Source of the DNA: Eledone cirrhosa
Taxonomy: Eukaryota
Assembly (NCBI GenBank): GCA_964016885.1
Contig: OZ024742.1
Coordinates: forward strand, 92,690,001 to 92,754,000
Reading direction: 5' to 3'
Length of the DNA stretch: 64,000 nt
Part shown: positions 51,401 to 64,000 of the stretch, in pieces
Layout: every line of letters starts with the position of its first letter
Numbering within the stretch: the first letter of the stretch is position 1
Translations under genes and position numbers: made by a program
The notes under the pieces: model-generated
The model's input: only the letters and a program-made list of their open reading frames with translations
What the model was told of the DNA's origin: nothing
Databases searched by the model: none

Positions 51401-54400
51401 ACCGGTTTTTAGAGTCATACTGGTTTTTGAGGAAACACCTTTCCTCTATTCTCCAGAAAGCCAGACAAGGAATATTGAACTAGTTTCGTTGTTGTTACAA
51501 CTCATCAGCAATATTTACCTATCTTCCGGCCTCTCTAGAGAATCGTAAAAGCACATATCGTTATATGCTTTTTCTATGAAAATTAGTAGTGGGCAGACTA
51601 ATTTGCATAGAGTGTGAGTAAGTACCGGTTCAACGGAGACGATAAAAACAAATAACGAAACGAAATTAAATTTCGTTTCGTTTGTAACTCACTTTTGTAT
51701 GACTGACGCTTAAACAATTAAGTTAAAGATGTACATCCATATATGTATACTGAAATACTAGTATGTATATGAATACACACACGTATACATATGTAGATGT
51801 ACCAAGTTTTTTCACTGGTCACTTTACTGTGAGTGGCCAGCTATTCTGTATGTAAACACACAGACAAACCGGTTTTTAGAGTCATACTGGTTTTTGAGGA
51901 AACACCTTTCCTCTATTCTCCAGAAAGCCAGACAAGGAATATTGAACTAGTTTCGTTGTTGTTACAACTCATCAGCAATATTTACCTATCTTCCGGCCTC
52001 TCTAGAGAATCGTAAAAGCACATATCGTTATATGCTTTTTCTATGAAAATTAGTAGTGGGCAGACTAATTTGCATAGAGTGTGAGTAAGTACCGGTTCAA
52101 CGGAGACGATAAAAACAAATAACGAAACGAAATTAAATTTCGTTTCGTTTGTAACTCACTTTTGTATGACTGACGCTTAAACAATTAAGTTAAAGATGTA
52201 CATCCATATATGTATACTGAAATACTAGTATGTATATGAATACACACACGTATACATATGTAGATGTACCAAGTTTTTTCACTGGTCACTTTACTGTGAG
52301 TGGCCAGCTATTCTGTATGTAAACACACAGACAAACCGGTTTTTAGAGTCATACTGGTTTTTGAGGAAACACCTTTCCTCTATTCTCCAGAAAGCCAGAC
52401 AAGGAATATTGAACTAGTTTCGTTGTTGTTACAACTCATCAGCAATATTTACCTATCTTCCGGCCTCTCTAGAGAATCGTAAAAGCACATATCGTTATAT
52501 GCTTTTTCTATGAAAATTAGTAGTGGGCAGACTAATTTGCATAGAGTGTGAGTAAGTACCGGTTCAACGGAGACGATAAAAACAAATAACGAAACGAAAT
52601 TAAATTTCGTTTCGTTTGTAACTCACTTTTGTATGACTGACGCTTAAACAATTAAGTTAAAGATGTACATCCATATATGTATACTGAAATACTAGTATGT
52701 ATATGAATACACACACGTATACATATGTAGATGTACCAAGTTTTTTCACTGGTCACTTTACTGTGAGTGGCCAGCTATTCTGTATGTAAACACACAGACA
52801 AACCGGTTTTTAGAGTCATACTGGTTTTTGAGGAAACACCTTTCCTCTATTCTCCAGAAAGCCAGACAAGGAATATTGAACTAGTTTCGTTGTTGTTACA
52901 ACTCATCAGCAATATTTACCTATCTTCCGGCCTCTCTAGAGAATCGTAAAAGCACATATCGTTATATGCTTTTTCTATGAAAATTAGTAGTGGGCAGACT
53001 AATTTGCATAGAGTGTGAGTAAGTACCGGTTCAACGGAGACGATAAAAACAAATAACGAAACGAAATTAAATTTCGTTTCGTTTGTAACTCACTTTTGTA
53101 TGACTGACGCTTAAACAATTAAGTTAAAGATGTACATCCATATATGTATACTGAAATACTAGTATGTATATGAATACACACACGTATACATATGTAGATG
53201 TACCAAGTTTTTTCACTGGTCACTTTACTGTGAGTGGCCAGCTATTCTGTATGTAAACACACAGACAAACCGGTTTTTAGAGTCATACTGGTTTTTGAGG
53301 AAACACCTTTCCTCTATTCTCCAGAAAGCCAGACAAGGAATATTGAACTAGTTTCGTTGTTGTTACAACTCATCAGCAATATTTACCTATCTTCCGGCCT
53401 CTCTAGAGAATCGTAAAAGCACATATCGTTATATGCTTTTTCTATGAAAATTAGTAGTGGGCAGACTAATTTGCATAGAGTGTGAGTAAGTACCGGTTCA
53501 ACGGAGACGATAAAAACAAATAACGAAACGAAATTAAATTTCGTTTCGTTTGTAACTCACTTTTGTATGACTGACGCTTAAACAATTAAGTTAAAGATGT
53601 ACATCCATATATGTATACTGAAATACTAGTATGTATATGAATACACACACGTATACATATGTAGATGTACCAAGTTTTTTCACTGGTCACTTTACTGTGA
53701 GTGGCCAGCTATTCTGTATGTAAACACACAGACAAACCGGTTTTTAGAGTCATACTGGTTTTTGAGGAAACACCTTTCCTCTATTCTCCAGAAAGCCAGA
53801 CAAGGAATATTGAACTAGTTTCGTTGTTGTTACAACTCATCAGCAATATTTACCTATCTTCCGGCCTCTCTAGAGAATCGTAAAAGCACATATCGTTATA
53901 TGCTTTTTCTATGAAAATTAGTAGTGGGCAGACTAATTTGTATAGAGTGTGAGTAAGTACCGGTTCAACGGAGACGATAAAAACAAATAACGAAACGAAA
54001 TTAAATTTCGTTTCGTTTGTAACTCACTTTTGTATGACTGACGCTTAAACAATTAAGTTAAAGATGTACATCCATATATGTATACTGAAATACTAGTATG
54101 TATATGAATACACACACGTATACATATGTAGATGTACCAAGTTTTTTCACTGGTCACTTTACTGTGAGTGGCCAGCTATTCTGTATGTAAACACACAGAC
54201 AAACCGGTTTTTAGAGTCATACTGGTTTTTGAGGAAACACCTTTCCTCTATTCTCCAGAAAGCCAGACAAGGAATATTGAACTAGTTTCGTTGTTGTTAC
54301 AACTCATCAGCAATATTTACCTATCTTCCGGCCTCTCTAGAGAATCGTAAAAGCACATATCGTTATATGCTTTTTCTATGAAAATTAGTAGTGGGCAGAC

Positions 54401-57400
54401 TAATTTGCATAGAGTGTGAGTAAGTACCGGTTCAACGGAGACGATAAAAACAAATAACGAAACGAAATTAAATTTCGTTTCGTTTGTAACTCACTTTTGT
54501 ATGACTGACGCTTAAACAATTAAGTTAAAGATGTACATCCATATATGTATACTGAAATACTAGTATGTATATGAATACACACACGTATACATATGTAGAT
54601 GTACCAAGTTTTTTCACTGGTCACTTTACTGTGAGTGGCCAGCTATTCTGTATGTAAACACACAGACAAACCGGTTTTTAGAGTCATACTGGTTTTTGAG
54701 GAAACACCTTTCCTCTATTCTCCAGAAAGCCAGACAAGGAATATTGAACTAGTTTCGTTGTTGTTACAACTCATCAGCAATATTTACCTATCTTCCGGCC
54801 TCACCGGTACTTACTCACACTCTATGCAAATTAGTCTGCCCACTACTAATTTTCATAGAAAAAGCATATAACGATATGTGCTTTTACGATTCTCTAGAGA
54901 GGCCGGAAGATAGGTAAATATTGCTGATGAGTTGTAACAACAACGAAACTAGTTCAATATTCCTTGTCTGGCTTTCTGGAGAATAGAGGAAAGGTGTTTC
55001 CTCAAAAACCAGTATGACTCTAAAAACCGGTTTGTCTGTGTGTTTACATACAGAATAGCTGGCCACTCACAGTAAAGTGACCAGTGAAAAAACTTGGTAC
55101 ATCTACATATGTATACGTGTGTGTATTCATATACATACTAGTATTTCAGTATACATATATGGATGTACATCTTTAACTTAATTGTTTAAGCGTCAGTCAT
55201 ACAAAAGTGAGTTACAAACGAAACGAAATTTAATTTCGTTTCGTTATTTGTTTTTATCGTCTCCGTTGAACCGGTACTTACTCACACTCTATGCAAATTA
55301 GTCTGCCCACTACTAATTTTCATAGAAAAAGCATATAACGATATGTGCTTTTACGATTCTCTAGAGAGGCCGGAAGATAGGTAAATATTGCTGATGAGTT
55401 GTAACAACAACGAAACTAGTTCAATATTCCTTGTCTGGCTTTCTGGAGAATAGAGGAAAGGTGTTTCCTCAAAAACCAGTATGACTCTAAAAACCGGTTT
55501 GTCTGTGTGTTTACATACAGAATAGCTGGCCACTCACAGTAAAGTGACCAGTGAAAAAACTTGGTACATCTACATATGTATACGTGTGTGTATTCATATA
55601 CATACTAGTATTTCAGTATACATATATGGATGTACATCTTTAACTTAATTGTTTAAGCGTCAGTCATACAAAAGTGAGTTACAAACGAAACGAAATTTAA
55701 TTTCGTTTCGTTATTTGTTTTTATCGTCTCCGTTGAACCGGTACTTACTCACACTCTATGCAAATTAGTCTGCCCACTACTAATTTTCATAGAAAAAGCA
55801 TATAACGATATGTGCTTTTACGATTCTCTAGAGAGGCCGGAAGATAGGTAAATATTGCTGATGAGTTGTAACAACAACGAAACTAGTTCAATATTCCTTG
55901 TCTGGCTTTCTGGAGAATAGAGGAAAGGTGTTTCCTCAAAAACCAGTATGACTCTAAAAACCGGTTTGTCTGTGTGTTTACATACAGAATAGCTGGCCAC
56001 TCACAGTAAAGTGACCAGTGAAAAAACTTGGTACATCTACATATGTATACGTGTGTGTATTCATATACATACTAGTATTTCAGTATACATATATGGATGT
56101 ACATCTTTAACTTAATTGTTTAAGCGTCAGTCATACAAAAGTGAGTTACAAACGAAACGAAATTTAATTTCGTTTCGTTATTTGTTTTTATCGTCTCCGT
56201 TGAACCGGTACTTACTCACACTCTATGCAAATTAGTCTGCCCACTACTAATTTTCATAGAAAAAGCATATAACGATATGTGCTTTTACGATTCTCTAGAG
56301 AGGCCGGAAGATAGGTAAATATTGCTGATGAGTTGTAACAACAACGAAACTAGTTCAATATTCCTTGTCTGGCTTTCTGGAGAATAGAGGAAAGGTGTTT
56401 CCTCAAAAACCAGTATGACTCTAAAAACCGGTTTGTCTGTGTGTTTACATACAGAATAGCTGGCCACTCACAGTAAAGTGACCAGTGAAAAAACTTGGTA
56501 CATCTACATATGTATACGTGTGTGTATTCATATACATACTAGTATTTCAGTATACATATATGGATGTACATCTTTAACTTAATTGTTTAAGCGTCAGTCA
56601 TACAAAAGTGAGTTACAAACGAAACGAAATTTAATTTCGTTTCGTTATTTGTTTTTATCGTCTCCGTTGAACCGGTACTTACTCACACTCTATGCAAATT
56701 AGTCTGCCCACTACTAATTTTCATAGAAAAAGCATATAACGATATGTGCTTTTACGATTCTCTAGAGAGGCCGGAAGATAGGTAAATATTGCTGATGAGT
56801 TGTAACAACAACGAAACTAGTTCAATATTCCTTGTCTGGCTTTCTGGAGAATAGAGGAAAGGTGTTTCCTCAAAAACCAGTATGACTCTAAAAACCGGTT
56901 TGTCTGTGTGTTTACATACAGAATAGCTGGCCACTCACAGTAAAGTGACCAGTGAAAAAACTTGGTACATCTACATATGTATACGTGTGTGTATTCATAT
57001 ACATACTAGTATTTCAGTATACATATATGGATGTACATCTTTAACTTAATTGTTTAAGCGTCAGTCATACAAAAGTGAGTTACAAACGAAACGAAATTTA
57101 ATTTCGTTTCGTTATTTGTTTTTATCGTCTCCGTTGAACCGGTACTTACTCACACTCTATGCAAATTAGTCTGCCCACTACTAATTTTCATAGAAAAAGC
57201 ATATAACGATATGTGCTTTTACGATTCTCTAGAGAGGCCGGAAGATAGGTAAATATTGCTGATGAGTTGTAACAACAACGAAACTAGTTCAATATTCCTT
57301 GTCTGGCTTTCTGGAGAATAGAGGAAAGGTGTTTCCTCAAAAACCAGTATGACTCTAAAAACCGGTTTGTCTGTGTGTTTACATACAGAATAGCTGGCCA

Positions 57401-57592
57401 CTCACAGTAAAGTGACCAGTGAAAAAACTTGGTACATCTACATATGTATACGTGTGTGTATTCATATACATACTAGTATTTCAGTATACATATATGGATG
57501 TACATCTTTAACTTAATTGTTTAAGCGTCAGTCATACAAAAGTGAGTTACAAACGAAACGAAATTTAATTTCGTTTCGTTATTTGTTTTTAT
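48447..57592. repeat. 467-bp-unit tandem array with central inversion (13.6 units + 6 inverted units); retrozyme-like
   Basis: Period 467 from the repeated ORFs; orientation switch at 54802/54803; (TA)n on both sides. Confidence 0.97.
54917..54961 (+). ncRNA. Minimal type I hammerhead of the 467-bp unit (6 plus copies; 14 minus copies, first at 48669-48713)
   Basis: aatattg CTGATGA gttgt aaca acaac GAAA ctag TT caatatt: 7-bp stem I, 5-bp stem II, palindromic ACTAGT stem III, GUU site. Confidence 0.9.
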
Positions 57593-57602
57593 ATATATAT
57601 AC

Positions 57603-57635
<33 letters not shown>

Positions 57636-57648
57636 CATATATATATAC

Positions 57649-57681
<33 letters not shown>

Positions 57682-57700
57682 CATATACATATATATATAC

Positions 57701-57995
<295 letters not shown>

Positions 57996-57996
57996 C

Positions 57997-58263
<267 letters not shown>

Positions 58264-58266
58264 TAC

Positions 58267-58301
<35 letters not shown>

Positions 58302-58314
58302 CATATATATATAC

Positions 58315-58347
<33 letters not shown>

Positions 58348-58394
58348 CATATATATATACATATACATATATATATATATACATATATATATAC

Positions 58395-58455
<61 letters not shown>

Positions 58456-58502
58456 CATATATATATACATATATATATATATATACATATATATACATAT
58501 AC

Positions 58503-58569
<67 letters not shown>

Positions 58570-58772
58570 CGTTATTCCGGGTTGAATCGGAGGTAACCAC
58601 AGTAAGTAAGGTACTCAATACATAGCAGAGTATAACAGTTTTAATATAGATGAGATTCTACAGGACTAGTACTGTTTCATTCATTAGAAATCATCAGGAA
58701 TCTGATGATTCCTGATGATTTCTAATGAATGAAACAGTTCTAGTCCTGTAGAATCTCATCTATATATATATC

Positions 58773-58804
<32 letters not shown>

Positions 58805-58829
58805 CATATATATATACATATATATATAC

Positions 58830-58872
<43 letters not shown>

Positions 58873-58989
58873 TATATAAATATATATATATACATATATA
58901 TATATACATATATATATATACATATATATATATACATATATATATATACATATATATATATACATATATATATATACATATATATATAC

Positions 58990-59022
<33 letters not shown>

Positions 59023-59035
59023 CATATATATATAC

Positions 59036-59163
<128 letters not shown>

Positions 59164-59214
59164 ATATATATATATATATGTATGTATATATATATATATA
59201 TATGTATATATATG

Positions 59215-59372
<158 letters not shown>

Positions 59373-59373
59373 C

Positions 59374-59566
<193 letters not shown>

Positions 59567-59584
59567 CATATATACATATATATC

Positions 59585-59685
<101 letters not shown>

Positions 59686-60073
59686 AATGAATAATAACAG
59701 GTAGACATCATAAAAAGGTAGTTTATTCCGTGTGCTTACAAGTGTTTCCACGGTGGTGCTGCAAATACTTGTGAATTTGCACGTAGCGGAACTAGGCTGC
59801 AGCACCACCGTGGAAACACTTGTAAGTACACGGAATAAACTACCTTTTTATGATGTCTACCTGTTATTATTCATTCTTTATATACACTCCGGAATACTGA
59901 AGGATCAGGAACTAAGTTTCTTGAACAATTCTTCCATAACTCGTAGAGTAACCTCTTACCGTACGTCAACCATATCCAGTGTAGTAATTAACCATCACTA
60001 TATCTTGGATAATCCTATACCTAATAATCGCCTCCTACACAGTTGAGCAACCACACCGACACACGGCATTAAT

Positions 60074-62400
60074 ATGGAAAGGCATCATATAGGTATGTCA
60101 CTTAAAAACATACCTATACCTAACAAAAGGGAATATATTCTCAGTATGATTCAACGCAGTAACGACTTCATTCGGCGTGTACGATGGAAAGCTTTCCACT
60201 TCGATAAAGGACGCGCCAGTCACTCGTCTGAATCATATGGTTTTAAATCATGTAAAAACCCACCACAAACCCTCACCTCGAAGCTTTCGAACAGGACTTA
60301 TTGAAAACTACCATGAACATTAAGTTCAACAGACATAGACATAATGAGCTGCAGAACAACATGAAAGCACTACTCCGAAGATTGCAAAATACCAATGGAA
60401 TTGTTGTGAAAGCTGACAAGACTTCTAACGTGTATACCATGGATATCGATACGTATAATAACTTCATACGCAACGAACTACACAAAAAATATAGAAAAAC
60501 AAATGAAACTACGCTAGCAAATATTAACAACGAGGCATATAAAGTGGTAAAGAATCTCAAGATAGACGATAGAACCGAGCCGATTATACCCGCTACCCCC
60601 ACCTTCAACCTGAAGGACCATAAGGTAAATGTTGACTCTAACCCTAAGATTAGACTTATATGCCCTTCTAAATCAGACATAGGGAAAATTAGTAAACATA
60701 TACTTGACAGAGTAATAACTCAAGTGAAAAAGAAAATTGAAATTAAATTATGGGGCAACACTAGCGAAGCAATTCGCTGGTTTAATAATGTTAAGAATAA
60801 GAATAAATCTAAGTTTATACAATTTGACATAGACGAATACTACTCTTCCATCTCACCAAGCACTTTACGTAAGGCCCTATCGTTTGCTAAGACCAATTCC
60901 GACATAACGGAGGACGAAATTAATATTATTCTCGAGGCTAGAAAAACCATTATTAAGTTCGATAACTGCTACTGGGAACGTAAGGACAGACCCACAAATT
61001 TCGATATTACCATGGGTTCCAACGACTCGGCGGAGGTCACGGATCTCGTGGGAATTTACATAGCCTACATATTACATAGTAGATTTAGTAATCTACAGGG
61101 GGGGATATACAGAGATGACGGGCTCTTATTAGTTAATAACTTGAATAACCAAAATCTTGAAAGGCTACGGAAAAATATTAGAAAATCTTTTAGTGAACTG
61201 GGTCTAAAAATAACATACGAATACAATCTTAAGGTAGTAAAATTTCTGGACGTAACTCTTAATTTAAATACCGGACAGATACGACCCTTCCACAAGGTAA
61301 ATGAGAACCTTACGTATATTGACTTTAACTCTAACCACCCACTCTCCATGATCAAATCAGTTCCCCGGAGTATTTCTCTTAAAATCTCTCGCCTATCGTC
61401 TAATTCTGATATTTTTAGCGAACATGCTGAATACTACAATAATGCATTAAGGAATGCTGACCACCGGGATACAATAGAATACATCGATAGTAATTTCCAC
61501 AACATGCATAGCTCTACACGTAATCAAGGTATACGTAACCGGGGGACTAAAACACAAGCACACACACACTGTACTACCAGACATACTAATAATAGAAGAT
61601 CACCACCAAATAAATCACGTTGTAGAAAGTATATCTGGTATAATCCTATTTTTAATGCCTCGATTAGTACAAAACTATCTCTTTCATTCTTTAAATTAAT
61701 CAATAAACACTTCCCTAGTTCCCATAAGTACAGCAAAATTCTGAACTCCAAAACTATTAGACTATCATACTCCACGGCACCAAACCTTGAAGCATACATA
61801 AAAAAACTTAACTTAAGGCAATTAAACAACTCTACAAAACAAAACATTTTAGTAACAGATGGGCAGAACGCAATATCTGCCTCCCAACCACTAAATGTGA
61901 GACGGGTATTGCACAACCCACCTGTACCGCTATCACAACCTATCCATGGAATACCCGCTACCCACAACAAAGCATGTAACTGCCATCTACCTGAAAGATG
62001 TCCATTGCAGAATGAATGCCTAAAGTCCAACATTGTTTACCAATGCACGGTTGAATCGGACGACCAGAAATGGTATTATATCGGATCTACCACCACATCG
62101 TTTAAATCTCGCTGGTACCGTCATCGATTCTCAATCAAACATCAGAATCACCGTTTTGTGACCACGCTCGCCAACAAGACCTGGCAACTCCGTGAACACA
62201 ACCAAGAGTTCACCTTAAAATGGGCTATACTTTCCAGCGCAAATGCATATCGGAGTGGTTTGAAGTACTGCAGGTTATGTAACCTTGAGCTATTTTACAT
62301 ACTAAAATCCCAAAACAAACTACTTAACGATAGAATTGAACGATCATTATACTGCAACCACAAACTAAAAGCTAAATTCTCTCACTATAAAATAACTTAA
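60074..62400 (+). CDS. PLE polyprotein: RT + Cys linker + GIY-YIG endonuclease, with one frameshift near 60270
   Basis: SLKNIPIP..RWKAFHF N-terminus; ADKT, FIQFDIDEYYSSI, ITMGSNDS, IYRDDGL, FLDVTL; CNC..CPL..CL; IVY..YYIG..FKSRWYRH; CRLC. Confidence 0.93.
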
Positions 62401-62892
62401 CATTCGAACCCGTAACTACAACACCACTTTCTAGCTAACAACCTTCTCTTCCCCCCACACTACAAGACAATACACTGCTTATCACTATACATGGTAACTC
62501 AGTACAACTCCTAGAATACTACTACAAAACCAAAAGTTCACTCACCACACATATTTATCTGTCCCCTCTCTACCTATATATCTCTCTCTACATCCATTAC
62601 ACTCTCTCTCTCTCACCTTTGACCTACCCCCCCTCTCAACATTTATGAACCTGCCCTCTGGGGCAATAAATAATTCCGACCTCAACTATCTGCGCATCTC
62701 TCCAAAAGTAACTAATAAAACCCCTACCATAACATTTTGATTAAGATATCTACAAGCCACTCTCTCCTACTTCTCCAACCCCTACATATCTTTCCTTCTC
62801 TCTCCTTCTTCCCTACTTTTCTCTCTTCCTGTTCCACTCTATCTTCCCCAACAACCCCACTTAAGGGTTTTTACATTGTATATTTACCATTC

Positions 62893-63004
62893 TGCTCTGA
62901 GGAAACAGTGGTCACAGCATTGGATATTCGAGTTCTGCAAATACTTGTGAATTTGCACGTAGCGGAACTAGGCTGCAGCACCACCGTGGAAACACTTGTA
63001 AGCA
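62893..63004 (+). ncRNA. Hammerhead-like motif with long stem II in the 3' pLTR
   Basis: tgct CTGAGGA aacagtggt...accaccgtg GAAA cacttg TA agca. Confidence 0.7.
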
Positions 63005-63203
63005 CACGGAATAAACTACCTTTTTATGATGTCTACCTGTTATTATTCATTCTTTATATACACTCCGGAATACTGAAGGATCAGGAACTAAGTTTCTTGA
63101 ACAATTCTTCCATAACTCGTAGAGTAACCTCTTACCGTACGTCAACCATATCCAGTGTAGTAATTAACCATCACTACATCTTGGATATTCCTATACCTAA
63201 TAT

Positions 63204-63336
<133 letters not shown>

Positions 63337-63345
63337 TTATATCTA

Positions 63346-63388
<43 letters not shown>

Positions 63389-63390
63389 AT

Positions 63391-64000
63391 ACATTATGAA
63401 GAGAGAAGAAACATTTAGATATAATTAGTAATAAAATGTATCATACCTAAACTGTTCCTAAATTCCTCGACTACGTAGTTTCGTGGCATAAACAAAAACA
63501 ATATATCAAAGATATAGAGTCCTTGCGAGGTCTGCCAACTTATCAAGAGGATACCTCATTTTACTAGTCTCAAGAACGCGTCTACACGACGTGAGAAAGA
63601 ATCCCAAAAGGCGGAGGGGGAGATAGTCACGCGATATAACGGTCGAGAAACAGAGCTAAGCCTCTTATAACCACGAAGAAAATACCACGGAGGCGGAGGG
63701 GGTATTCATATCGAGGCCGTAGAAGGGGTAGTGAAGAAGGCGAGAAGTATGAGTAATGGAAGCTTTCCAGTTGTCCCCACATTTCAAAGATTGCTCGACC
63801 AGAGGGAGTTATTAATATATTTAAAAACACACAGATACATGCGGACACACACATATATACATGAATGCATCCGCACCCAACTGTGAGTTAAGGGTGCCAA
63901 CTTCACCGATGTTGCTCAATGAATGACTGGGACAGACCAATTCAGTTTGAACCAGACTGAACCAGTATCAGAGTTAAAAATACATTATGAAGAGAGAAGA
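63391..64000 (-). mobile_element. Start of a probable further HHR-bearing tandem element, unit 591 bp
   Basis: acattatgaagagagaaga at 63391 recurs at 63982; left end abuts (TA)n. Confidence 0.7.
63464..63551 (-). ncRNA. Type I hammerhead with U3-A8 core variant
   Basis: Minus strand: tcctc TTGATAA gttggca...tgccac GAAA ctacgtag TC gagga; palindromic stem III, GUC site. Confidence 0.85.

Noticed and set aside
48564-57401. Repeated 60-aa ORF MASYSVCKH...
   Set aside because: GTG start, no recognisable domain, antisense to the ribozyme; identity only reflects the repeat

Overview
AT-rich eukaryotic repeat DNA with no supportable host protein-coding gene. The repeat content (very long (TA)n tracts, tRNA-head SINEs with RTE-type tails, RTE and CR1/L2-like LINEs, Tc1/mariner elements) suggests an animal genome, probably a mollusc/cephalopod; that is inference. 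The main structure is a Penelope-like element (PLE) and hammerhead-ribozyme (HHR) system. It includes one near-intact PLE (RT + GIY-YIG, 59680-63204) and a palindromic PLE 3' fragment (11909-13397). At least six unrelated non-coding families each carry a type I HHR, including two near-identical tandem arrays (310-bp and 467-bp units) that flip orientation in the middle and look like retrozymes. Almost all of these insertions sit in or beside (TA)n. Every two-armed one has the same polarity: a minus-sense left arm and a plus-sense right arm joined at their 5' ends. Two families have a compensatory U3-A8 HHR core. A 3-5.6 kb block (truncated LINE + HHR mini-elements + TA tracts) is tandemly triplicated. 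Most ORFs in the track are microsatellite translation artefacts. All folds and alignments were done by eye.
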